Positions 14,364-22,341 of a stretch of DNA of 64,000 nucleotides are shown here, in pieces (the stretch's first letter is position 1; each line of letters opens with the position of its first letter). The notes beneath the pieces are model-generated. The model searched no databases and was not told where the DNA came from. It worked only from the letters and a program-made list of their open reading frames with translations. The stretch comes from an uncultured Chloroflexia bacterium (GTDB lineage Bacteria; Chloroflexota; Chloroflexia; Thermomicrobiales; CFX8), in assembly GCA_963763325.1 (NCBI GenBank), contig CAVXOL010000022.1, positions 16,737 to 80,736 on the forward strand. Direction: 5' to 3'. Position numbers and translations under genes: made by a program.

Positions 14364-15449
14364 TCAGCCCCGAATGGCTGCCAGCACCTTCGCGATGAAT
14401 TCGTCGAAGCGGTCGGCGTCGGTCCAGCGGACGACGGTTAGCATGTCGTGGTCTGGATCGACCCAGATGACATTGCGGCCGTAGCCGAGCGCGAAGAAGC
14501 TCGACTCCGGCGCGCTCGGGAAGAGTTGGCGGTCCGGGTTGAGCCACCACATGTAGCCGTAGGTCGGGTTGACGTCGCCCGGGGTTGTGGCCCGGTCGAT
14601 CCACGCTTCGGAGAGCAGTTGCCTGCCGCCCCAGTGGCCGCGCCGCAGGTAGAGCAGGCCGAAGCGGGCGTGGTCGCGGGTGCTGGCCCAGACGCCGCCA
14701 CCGTAGTGGCCGCCGCCGGCCACCGACTGGACCTTGAGGCCATCGAGCGTGATCCACGAGGTGTCGTAGCCGTGCCACTCCCAGGTGTGGCTGGCGCCGA
14801 TCGGGTCCATGATCTGCTCGCGGAGGACAACAGGCAGCGGGCGACGGAGCGCGCGCAGGACGGAGTAGGCGGCCAGATTGACGCGGACATCGTTGTACTC
14901 GTAGAAGGTTCCGGGTGTGTTCAGCGTCCGCTCGCGGCCCTGACGGCGGTCGGCCAGGTCGGGCTTCTGCCAGAGGGTGCCCTCCCACTCGCTGGTCTGT
15001 TGCAGCAGGTGATGCCAGGTGATCTGCTCGTTGTTGTCGCCGTCAAAGGTGCCGTCGGTAACGTAATCGCGGACCGGATCGTTGAAGTCGCGGATCAACC
15101 CGGCATCCCAGGCAACGCCGGCCATCGTCGCGACGTAGCTCTTGGCGACCGAGAAGGTCATGTCGACTCGCGCCGTGTCGCCCCACTCAGCAACGATGTA
15201 GCCGTTGCGGGTGATCATCCCATTCGTCGGTCCACGGTCGCGATAGGGGCCAACCGGCTCCTCCCAGGGGTCCTCGGCCACCCGCTGCTCGTAGAACTCA
15301 GCCAGCCGGTATGGCATCGACTGGTTCTCGCTGTCGGCGCTGAAAGCGGCTGCCTCGGCGATCCCGTCCACATCGAGGCCGACCTCGATCGGGTCGCGCC
15401 ACTGCCACTCCCAGCGTCCCGGTTCGTATGCTGTTGCCACGGTCCTCAC
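14364..15449 (-). CDS. Serine hydrolase, beta-lactamase/transpeptidase-like family
   Basis: 361-aa ORF with an SxxK motif 'FSVAKSYVATMAGVAW'. Length and pattern are typical of class C-like esterases/PBP-like hydrolases. Confidence 0.75.
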   Translation of the reverse strand: MRTVATAYEPGRWEWQWRDPIEVGLDVDGIAEAAAFSADSENQSMPYRLAEFYEQRVAEDPWEEPVGPYRDRGPTNGMITRNGYIVAEWGDTARVDMTFSVAKSYVATMAGVAWDAGLIRDFNDPVRDYVTDGTFDGDNNEQITWHHLLQQTSEWEGTLWQKPDLADRRQGRERTLNTPGTFYEYNDVRVNLAAYSVLRALRRPLPVVLREQIMDPIGASHTWEWHGYDTSWITLDGLKVQSVAGGGHYGGGVWASTRDHARFGLLYLRRGHWGGRQLLSEAWIDRATTPGDVNPTYGYMWWLNPDRQLFPSAPESSFFALGYGRNVIWVDPDHDMLTVVRWTDADRFDEFIAKVLAAIRG

Positions 15450-15517
15450 TCCTCAACCGTCCTCGTGCATCCATCGGCGCATCGTCGCCGCTGGCTGGAG
15501 ATCTGTCCAGCGACTGG

Positions 15518-15811
15518 TCAGGATGCGTTCTGGGCGGCTTCGCGCCGTTCGCGCTGGTACTGCTGGAGCAGTGACCGTGCGTTCGTCAACGTTGCGAGGT
15601 CGTCGCGACCCTCCGCGACGGTCGCGAAGGCGTCGCCGAGGGCACCCTCGACCGATCGCGCCAGAGGCATAGGCTGAGGTGGCTCCTCCTTCTGGCGTTC
15701 CTGTTTGTTGCCGGTCGGCGCGAGGATCAGGTAGAGGAAGATCGCCATCACGAGGCTCAGGATCAGTTCGATGCTGATCGTCAGGGCATAGAGGACGAAG
15801 AAGGCGCTCAT
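15518..15811 (-). CDS. Small single-pass membrane protein, unknown function
   Basis: 97-aa ORF with N-terminal TM 'FFVLYALTISIELILSLVMAIFLYLIL' followed by a charged helical tail. It starts 4 nt after the upstream ORF stop. Confidence 0.4.
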   Translation of the reverse strand: MSAFFVLYALTISIELILSLVMAIFLYLILAPTGNKQERQKEEPPQPMPLARSVEGALGDAFATVAEGRDDLATLTNARSLLQQYQRERREAAQNAS

Positions 15812-15815
15812 CCGC

Positions 15816-16136
15816 TTACCGCCGCTCGTTGACGAGGGTCAGGGCGTAGCGGTCGATGGCGTCGATGGCGCGCTCGATACCCGGCCCGGATCTCCCCATC
15901 GCGACTTCGTCCATCGCGGCCCGCAGCCCGGTCAGCGTCGGGTCGAGCAGGAACTCACGCTGGGCGCGGGATGGTGCCGACTGCAACGAACGGCGCGCCA
16001 GCCCTTCGTCCTCGCCCTGCCGGCGCAACGCACGGCTCTCCAGCAAGTGGACGAGCACGTAGGTCGTCATCCCGATCCGCACCACTTCAAGAATGCAGAC
16101 GATGACGACGATTCCGATCCAGAGTGTTGTGGACAT
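15816..16136 (-). CDS. Small single-pass membrane protein, unknown function
   Basis: 106-aa ORF with N-terminal TM 'LWIGIVVIVCILEVVRIGM' followed by a soluble helical region. Confidence 0.45.
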   Translation of the reverse strand: MSTTLWIGIVVIVCILEVVRIGMTTYVLVHLLESRALRRQGEDEGLARRSLQSAPSRAQREFLLDPTLTGLRAAMDEVAMGRSGPGIERAIDAIDRYALTLVNERR

Positions 16137-16151
16137 GCGATAACAGGATTC

Positions 16152-16581
16152 CTAATTGACGTGGGCAGGAACTGATACGAGGCGATAGATTCCTTCATCT
16201 TCGGCCTGCAAATCGATCCTTGCTGGCTGGAAATCGCGAGGGCCACGGATCAGCAGCCTCAGGAGCAAGGCCGTGCTGATTATAGATGCCGACGGCCTTG
16301 CGTGTTTCTCGGTTGGCTGGCACGAAGCCGTCTCTATCGATTGAAAACAGCGTATCCGGCTGAACAATCCCGTACCGTCTTCCACTGATCGTTAGCGTTT
16401 CGCCTATTCGAATGGCCTCTCCCGTATTGATCGACCGGACATCGGATGCAACATCAATGCCCGGAAGTATGATCGTATTCTGAGGGCGGGGGCGACTCCG
16501 GGGTGTTATCAGCCGCAGATCGTGACGCCTTGCAGGTGGGCGCAGTGGTGCTCGTGGTTTATTCCCATTGAGTTTGACCAT
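16152..16581 (-). CDS. Hypothetical protein in a low-GC islet, possibly frameshifted near its 3' end
   Basis: ORF from ATG 16581: 'MVKLNGNKPRAPL...GEAIRIGETLTISGRRYGIVQPDTLFSIDRDGFVP'. A second frame ('LLIRGPRDFQPARIDLQAEDEGIYRLVSVPAHVN*') ends at 16152, just upstream of the next gene. I recognise no family. Confidence 0.3.
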
Positions 16582-16669
16582 TCCCTGCCGTTCTCTGCTC
16601 TTCTTGACGACAACGCCACAGCGTGACAGACTAGCCCATGCGCTGGGCAACCGGCGTGACAACCCAGAA

Positions 16670-16875
16670 TCCGGCAGCGGGTACTCGTCTTTGGGCGAGG
16701 TCACAGGGGGAAACCGGTGCGAGACCGGTGCTGTGCCGCAACTGTAACGCGCGTCGTGCGCGGAGCCAGGTCACCTGCCGTTGCCGTTCCGGTTCGCTTC
16801 GAGCACGAGTGAGCTGGGATGGTCAGGAAACCGACCTCCCTCTCTCACCCGCTCGAAGGCGGGTTTTTGTTTTGT
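16670..16875 (+). promoter_or_regulatory. Cobalamin (B12) riboswitch with terminator-type expression platform
   Basis: Core matches the cobalamin riboswitch consensus: 'GGTCACAGGGGGAAACCGGTGCGAGACCGGTGCTGTGCCGCAACTGTAAC'. The B12 box is 'GGAGCCAGGTCACCTGCC'. It is followed by hairpin CCCGC-TCGAAG-GCGGG (16848-16863) plus 'TTTTTGTTTTGT'. Confidence 0.8.
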
Positions 16876-16923
16876 GCCGCCTCGCCCCGGACCAGGGCGC
16901 GGCCGGATCGAGAGGGGGACCCC

Positions 16924-18465
16924 GTGGTCTACCACCGTGGGCGCTCGTTGCCCGTTGCCCTGCTCCTCGTCGTGCTCCTGGCGTTCTCTGCTGGACCAGC
17001 CCTGATCCAACCCGCACAGGCTGCCGTTCCACAACCAGACGCGGCCGACGCTGCACTTGACTGGCTGCGGACCCAGCAGATGTCGGATGGTGGGTTCGCG
17101 GCCTTCAGCGAGGTCAGCGATGCCAGTGTCAGCGCCGATGCCGCGTACGCGTTCGCCGCGGCAGGGGTGCACCCGGACAATGTCGTGTCGGCATCTGATG
17201 CCAGCTTGCTGGGCTACCTGCGCTCGGTCGCTGGCCAGGAAGTGGCAAATCCGGGCCGGGCTGCCAAGCTTGTGCTGGCGTTGCACGTTGCCGGTGACGA
17301 CCCGCGTGATGTGGGCGGCACCGACCTCGTCAGCGCCATTGAGCTTGGCCTGAATGGCGAGACCGGCTGGTATGGCGATTCGTTCTTTGGCCACTTGCTG
17401 GCTCTACTCGCGCTTGCCTCACAGGATGCAGCAATTCCAGACGCGGCTATCGACGCGATCGTGACCGCCCAGACGCCGGAAGGCTCGTGGGGCTTTAACG
17501 GCGACCCAACGGCGGGAACCGGCGACTCGAACACGACGTCGATGGCGATTCAGGCGCTGGTCGCGATTGATGGCGATCCCGCTGCGATTGACGCGGGACT
17601 CGACTACCTGCGCTCATTGCAGAACGCCGAAGACGGCACGATCTCCTACGACTCGCTCTCGGTCGGCGATCCGGGCGGCGACGCCAACTCGACGGCGCTG
17701 GCGATCCAGGCGTTCGTTGCAGCCGGTGAGGACCCGGCGACGCTGGAGCACGGCGACCTGCTGACGGCGTTGCTGACCTTCCAGAACGAGAGCGGCGCGT
17801 TCCAGTTCCAGCCGGCTTTCCCTGACGACTCGCTGCTGGCGACGGCGCAGGCTGTTCCGGCGCTCCTCCTAAAAGCGTTCCCGTATGACCAGCTGCCGGT
17901 GAGAAACCCACTTAGCGACGCAATGGCGCCGGCCGCACCAATCGACGGCTGCATGTACCACGAGATTACGCAACATAACGTCTGTGCGCCGTTCGCGACG
18001 TATTGGGAGGCGAATGGTGGGCTGGCGAACTTCGGCTATCCGCTGACGGAGGAGGTTGAGTACAACGGCCAGGTCGTCCAGTACTTCGAGCGCGCGATCT
18101 TTGAGTTGCATCCCGAGAACGCCGGGACGCCGTACGAGGTGCTGCTGACGCGCGTTGGCTGGGACGCCTACCTGCTGGCCCACAGCGGCGGAATGACTGC
18201 TGCCGACCCGATTGGAGGCGGGTGTCACTACTTCAATGAAACGACTCACAACCTCTGCGGTGGTTTCGCGGCTTTCTGGGAGAACTTCGGTGGGCTGGCT
18301 GTCTTCGGCTACCCGATCAGTGAGGAGATCCAGGAAGATGGGATGACGGTCCAGTACTTCGAGCGAGCGCGCTTCGAGTGGCATTCCGGCGCATGGCCGG
18401 AGCGCTACGACGTGCTACTCGGGCGGCTGGCGGCGGATGCGCTCGACCGTGAACTCAACCAATAG
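16924..18465 (+). CDS. Secreted alpha/alpha-toroid (prenyltransferase/terpene-cyclase-like repeat) protein with two C-terminal ~75-aa repeats
   Basis: SD 'gagaggggga' precedes in-frame GTG 16924. Signal peptide 'RSLPVALLLVVLLAFSAGPALIQPAQA'. Repeated Q-x2-DGG-type motifs: 'QQMSDGGFA', 'QTPEEGSWG'-like 'QTPEGSWG', 'QNAEDGTISY', 'QNESGAFQF'. The ORF-track start 16819 lies inside the riboswitch terminator and is rejected. Confidence 0.75.
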   Translation: MVYHRGRSLPVALLLVVLLAFSAGPALIQPAQAAVPQPDAADAALDWLRTQQMSDGGFAAFSEVSDASVSADAAYAFAAAGVHPDNVVSASDASLLGYLRSVAGQEVANPGRAAKLVLALHVAGDDPRDVGGTDLVSAIELGLNGETGWYGDSFFGHLLALLALASQDAAIPDAAIDAIVTAQTPEGSWGFNGDPTAGTGDSNTTSMAIQALVAIDGDPAAIDAGLDYLRSLQNAEDGTISYDSLSVGDPGGDANSTALAIQAFVAAGEDPATLEHGDLLTALLTFQNESGAFQFQPAFPDDSLLATAQAVPALLLKAFPYDQLPVRNPLSDAMAPAAPIDGCMYHEITQHNVCAPFATYWEANGGLANFGYPLTEEVEYNGQVVQYFERAIFELHPENAGTPYEVLLTRVGWDAYLLAHSGGMTAADPIGGGCHYFNETTHNLCGGFAAFWENFGGLAVFGYPISEEIQEDGMTVQYFERARFEWHSGAWPERYDVLLGRLAADALDRELNQ

Positions 18466-18466
18466 A

Positions 18467-19438
18467 ATGCCAGGAGCGCGGCGGTTCATCGTCGCGCTCC
18501 TCATTCTCTCGGCGATCGCGCTGGCCGGCATCCTGCCGGTGGCGGCCCAGCGTCCGAATGGGGCCGGGCTTGTCGTTCGTTTCGGCGACGGGTCGCTGAT
18601 CTACGCCTACGTCCAGTTCGAGGAAGAGACGATCACCAGCGAAGAACTGCTCTACCGCTCAGGGCTGGCGGTGGCGATCGCGCCGTACAGTGGTCTTGGG
18701 GCAGGCGTCTGTATGATCAACGGCGAGGGTTGCCCGTCCGACGACTGCTTCTGCCAGTCGTACACGACACCGGCCTACTTCTGGCACTTCTACGCTCACG
18801 ATAGCGGCTGGCGCGAACTGCTCCAGGGCGCGTCGAGCCGCAGTGTCGGTGACGGCGACATCGACGGCTGGTCGTGGACGGCTGGCGAGTCCGGCTTGCC
18901 CGCCGTCACGATCGACGAGATCGCGCTGATGAACGGTGTCGATCGCAACCCCCCCGAAATCCCTCCGACTGAGACGCCGACGCCGGAGCCGACCAGCACC
19001 CCGACGATCAGCCCAACCAACACGCCACTCCCCACGCCGACGCAGCCACCACCCACCAGCACGCCGGAGCGCATCTCGACAGCAATTGCCGAGCCGTCCG
19101 TGACCGTCACTCAATCCGCGTCAACGACATCCGGAACAACGCCGACATCTGGGATTGGGCAGGTTGCTGCGACCACATCGTCAACGCGCGAGTCGAGCCC
19201 AACCGCGACCGTCGCACGGACATCAACGCCGATTGCACCATCTCCGACGCTGACGCTGATTGCCAGCGCGACAACGGTCGCCGTCCTCGTCCAGCCTGAT
19301 GGGACGACGGTTCCGGTCGAGGTTGTTCAGGCAGACGACGGCACGTCATCGACGAACCTGATGCTCTTTAGCGGGCTTGTGGTCGTCGCGGCCGGGGCGG
19401 GTGCGTTTGTCTGGGTACGGGGGAGGCGGGCGGCGTGA
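18467..19438 (+). CDS. DUF4430 (transcobalamin-like C-terminal domain) protein with Pro/Thr-rich linker and C-terminal TM anchor
   Basis: ATG 18467 lies 1 nt after the upstream stop. Signal peptide 'FIVALLILSAIALAGILPVAAQ'. DUF4430-like pattern 'YFWHFYAHDSGWRELLQGASSRSVGDGDIDGWSW'. PT-rich 'PPTETPTPEPTSTPTISPTNTPLPTPTQPPPTSTP'. TM 'LMLFSGLVVVAAGAGAFVWV'. Confidence 0.7.
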   Translation: MPGARRFIVALLILSAIALAGILPVAAQRPNGAGLVVRFGDGSLIYAYVQFEEETITSEELLYRSGLAVAIAPYSGLGAGVCMINGEGCPSDDCFCQSYTTPAYFWHFYAHDSGWRELLQGASSRSVGDGDIDGWSWTAGESGLPAVTIDEIALMNGVDRNPPEIPPTETPTPEPTSTPTISPTNTPLPTPTQPPPTSTPERISTAIAEPSVTVTQSASTTSGTTPTSGIGQVAATTSSTRESSPTATVARTSTPIAPSPTLTLIASATTVAVLVQPDGTTVPVEVVQADDGTSSTNLMLFSGLVVVAAGAGAFVWVRGRRAA

Positions 19439-20439
19439 TCAACCCTCTCGCCTGGCTGCTCTGGTTCGTCGGCGTCACCAGCGTGCCAGTCGTCAGCCGG
19501 AATCCGTTCTACCTGGTGCTTGATTTGCTGGTCGTGCTGGTCGTCTACCTCTCGCTGCCGCGCGCGAGCGGGGCAGCCCGCGCCTGGCGGCTCTTCGCGC
19601 TGGTTGGATCGACTCTGGCGCTGTTGTCGGTCGGGTTCAACGTTCTGACCGTCCATGTTGGTGACAAGGTCTTCGCGACCCTGCCGGATTCGTTGCCGAT
19701 CGTTGGCGGAAACCTGACGTGGAATGCGTTCGTTTACGGGATGCTTTCTGCGCTGGCGATCGCGACGTTGCTGATCGCGGCGGCGACGTTCAATACGGCT
19801 GTCCGGCAGGGCGATATCATCCGACTCGTGCCGGGTAGCTTCGCGGGGCTGGGGATCGCCGGCAGCATCGCGATGACGATGGTGCCGCAGACGATCGCGG
19901 CTGGACGCGACATCTACGATGCGCAGCGCTCGCGCGGACATCGGTTTCGGGGGTTGCGCGATGCGCGGAGCCTGATCGTCCCGCTACTGGGGAGCGGGCT
20001 GGAGCGGGCGGTGACACTCTCGGAGGCGCTGGAGGCGCGGGGTTTCGGGGCCAGTGTTGCGGTTGCCGAGCCCTCCGGCACCCGACGGTTGCCGCTTCTG
20101 GCCGCCGTCTGCCTGCTGACGTTGTCGCTGCTGGCGATTGCGAGCGGTCGGTTGGCAGTCGGGCTGGCACTGATGGCGGGAGCAGTCGCCTGTGTCCTAC
20201 GGGCGACTCCATCTCGTAACCGGCGCACGCGCTTTCGACCGCTCGACTGGAACATGGCCTCGCTGACGGTGGCAGGGGCTGGCGTCGCGGTCGCGCTCGT
20301 CTTCGTGGGTCTGCTGACGCTGACCGGCACGACCATCTCGTATGATCCGTTCCCGCGCCTCACAATGCCCCCGTTCGAGCCGTTGGCGGGCGCGACGATA
20401 CTGTTGCTGCTGGCGCCGATCTTCTGGACCCAGCCATGA
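19435..20439 (+). CDS. ecfT: ECF transporter transmembrane (T) component, CbiQ/EcfT family, with extra C-terminal TM segments
   Basis: GTGA overlap with the upstream gene. Multi-TM, with the conserved coupling helices 'DIYDAQRSRGHRF' and 'RAVTLSEALEARGFG'. Confidence 0.8.
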   Translation: MINPLAWLLWFVGVTSVPVVSRNPFYLVLDLLVVLVVYLSLPRASGAARAWRLFALVGSTLALLSVGFNVLTVHVGDKVFATLPDSLPIVGGNLTWNAFVYGMLSALAIATLLIAAATFNTAVRQGDIIRLVPGSFAGLGIAGSIAMTMVPQTIAAGRDIYDAQRSRGHRFRGLRDARSLIVPLLGSGLERAVTLSEALEARGFGASVAVAEPSGTRRLPLLAAVCLLTLSLLAIASGRLAVGLALMAGAVACVLRATPSRNRRTRFRPLDWNMASLTVAGAGVAVALVFVGLLTLTGTTISYDPFPRLTMPPFEPLAGATILLLLAPIFWTQP

Positions 20440-22106
20440 CCGCCGTCGTCGCCGATCGGTTGTCGTATCGCTTCCCGAAGGCGACGGTTGATGCGCTGCG
20501 CGAGGTGTCGTGGGCCGTCGAGGACGGATCGGTGACGCTCGTGACCGGACCGTCGGGTTCCGGCAAGACGACGCTGTTGCGCTGCCTGAACGGGCTGATC
20601 CCGCACTTTCACGGGGGGATGTTCGGCGGCGATGTCTCGGTCCTCGGCGTCAACACGCGCGCGGCCGGGCCGCGTGATCTGGCGCGTGAGGTCGGGATGG
20701 TCTTCCAGGACCCGGAGGCGCAGTTCGTCACCGACCGGGTTGAGGACGAAATCGTCTTCGGGATGGAGAACCTCGGCTACGACCGCCGGACGATGCGAGT
20801 CCGGCTCGAAGAGACGCTCGATCTGCTCGGCATCAACCATCTGCGGCAGCGTGAGGTCGCAACCCTCTCCGGCGGTGAGCGGCAGCGGGTGGCGATCGCT
20901 GCCGCATTGGCGACCCGCCCTGCTGTGCTTGTCCTCGACGAACCGACCTCGCAGCTCGACCCGCTGGCGGCCCACGATGTTCTGGCCGCCGCACAGCGTC
21001 TCAACAGCGACCTGGGGATGACGATCGTTATCAGCGAGCACCGGCTCGACCGCGTCCTGCCCTTCGCCGACCGGCTGGTCGCGATTGACTCGGGTTCGTT
21101 CTATGAGGGTCCCGTTCAGGATGTCCTGTCACTGATGGACGATGTGCCGCCGCTGGTTGAGCTGGCGCGGGTTCTTGGCTGGGAGCCGGTTCCATTGACG
21201 GTGCGGGAGGCACGGCGCAAACCCCTCCCCAACCGCCACCCAGAGGGTACCCGGCCTGCGAAGGGAGGGGCTTTAGATTCCGTGCGGCGAAAAGCCCCTC
21301 CCTTCGCAGGCCGGGTACCCTCTGGGTGGCGGTTGGGGAGGGGCTTCTCGAACGCGCCCGGAAACGCCCTCCTCACCTTTGACGCCGTCACCTTCCGCTA
21401 CGACCGCACCACCGCGCTACGCGACATCACGCTCACCGGTCATGCCGGCGAAGTCATCGCATTGATCGGCCGCAACGGCTCCGGAAAGACGACGTTGCTC
21501 AAGCATGTCAACGGTTTGCTGCGCCCGAGTGGCGGGCGAGTGTTGCATGAGGGAATCAATATCGCACGGACGCCCGTCCACGAGGCGGCGCGGACTGCCG
21601 GGTACGTGCCGCAGCATCCGACCTCGATTCTCCATCAGGAGACGGTGCGCGATGAGTTGCGCTTCACGCTCCGGGCGCAAGGGAAAGAGATCACGCCGGG
21701 GCCGTTGCTGGAGCAACTCGGCCTGCTGCATCGGATAGACCGGCACCCGCTGGACCTGAGTGGCGGCGAGCGCCAGAGGTTGGCCCTGGCAGCGATCGCG
21801 ATTGGTGAACCGCATATCCTGCTGCTCGACGAGCCGACACGCGGTCTGCCCGGTAATGATAAGCGGACGCTGGCCACGTTCGTGCGCGAGTACGCTGCTA
21901 AGGGCCGGCTCGTCGTCGTCGCCACCCACGATGTTGAGTTCGTCGCCAACGCTGCCGACCGCGTCATCATGCTCGCCGAGGGGGAGATCGTTGCCGACGG
22001 GACTCCCGCCGAGGTCCTGGCCGGCTCGCTTACCTTCGGTACCCAGATGAACCGGCTGTTTGGTGGCGACGTGCTGACGGTCGAGGATGCGATAGTGAGG
22101 AGATAG
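20436..22106 (+). CDS. ecfA: Fused duplicated ECF/CbiO-type ABC ATPase (EcfA1-EcfA2)
   Basis: Two ABC cassettes. First: Walker A 'GPSGSGKTTLL', signature 'LSGGERQRVAIA', 'VLVLDEPTSQLD'. Second: 'GRNGSGKTTLL', 'LSGGERQRLALA', 'ILLLDEPTRGL'. ATGA overlap with ecfT. The inter-domain linker contains the palindromic insert. Confidence 0.9.
   Translation: MTAVVADRLSYRFPKATVDALREVSWAVEDGSVTLVTGPSGSGKTTLLRCLNGLIPHFHGGMFGGDVSVLGVNTRAAGPRDLAREVGMVFQDPEAQFVTDRVEDEIVFGMENLGYDRRTMRVRLEETLDLLGINHLRQREVATLSGGERQRVAIAAALATRPAVLVLDEPTSQLDPLAAHDVLAAAQRLNSDLGMTIVISEHRLDRVLPFADRLVAIDSGSFYEGPVQDVLSLMDDVPPLVELARVLGWEPVPLTVREARRKPLPNRHPEGTRPAKGGALDSVRRKAPPFAGRVPSGWRLGRGFSNAPGNALLTFDAVTFRYDRTTALRDITLTGHAGEVIALIGRNGSGKTTLLKHVNGLLRPSGGRVLHEGINIARTPVHEAARTAGYVPQHPTSILHQETVRDELRFTLRAQGKEITPGPLLEQLGLLHRIDRHPLDLSGGERQRLALAAIAIGEPHILLLDEPTRGLPGNDKRTLATFVREYAAKGRLVVVATHDVEFVANAADRVIMLAEGEIVADGTPAEVLAGSLTFGTQMNRLFGGDVLTVEDAIVRR
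21222..21343. repeat. Perfect 50-bp inverted repeat (22-nt spacer) of the C4TC4/G4AG4 nested-palindrome family, read in frame inside ecfA
   Basis: Checked base by base. Left arm 21222-21271 is 'cccctccccaaccgccacccagagggtacccggcctgcgaagggaggggc' and equals the reverse complement of right arm 21294-21343. It encodes 'KPLPNRHPEGTRPAKGGALDSVRRKAPPFAGRVPSGWRLGRG'. Confidence 0.9.
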
Positions 22107-22183
22107 TGCTGAGTGCTAAGGCGAGAGGAGTGGTTGACGCGATCGGTCACTAACTCCTTTCGCCTTAGCACTCAGCATTTTTC
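22107..22183 (+). terminator. Intrinsic terminator of the B12/ECF operon (25-bp stem, T-run)
   Basis: Stem 22107-22131 'tgctgagtgctaaggcgagaggagt' pairs with 22153-22177 with one G-U pair. It is followed by 'tttttc' and starts 1 nt after the ecfA stop. Confidence 0.75.
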
Positions 22184-22341
22184 TCGTTCCGTCACTGACG
22201 GGACTGGCATTGGATTGGTAAGATTATCAGCCATGCCCGTTGACCGGCACGGTACGTTCCATCATCCCGATCCCGTGTCGAGCAGGCAAGATCATAATCT
22301 GATCTGCAACGGCTCCGCGTATTTCACTTGAGGACAATTGC

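Noticed and set aside
16819-16923. ORF-track start (16819) for the first gene of the B12 operon
   Set aside because: That start lies inside the riboswitch expression platform, and the ORF would run through the terminator hairpin (16848-16875). In-frame GTG 16924 has a strong SD and begins a proper signal peptide.
21116-21391. 91-aa minus-strand ORF mirroring the peptide encoded by the palindromic insert in ecfA (also 49736..49984 and 29871..30110)
   Set aside because: This is an artefact of translating a perfect inverted repeat on the opposite strand. It lies inside a strongly supported ABC ATPase gene.
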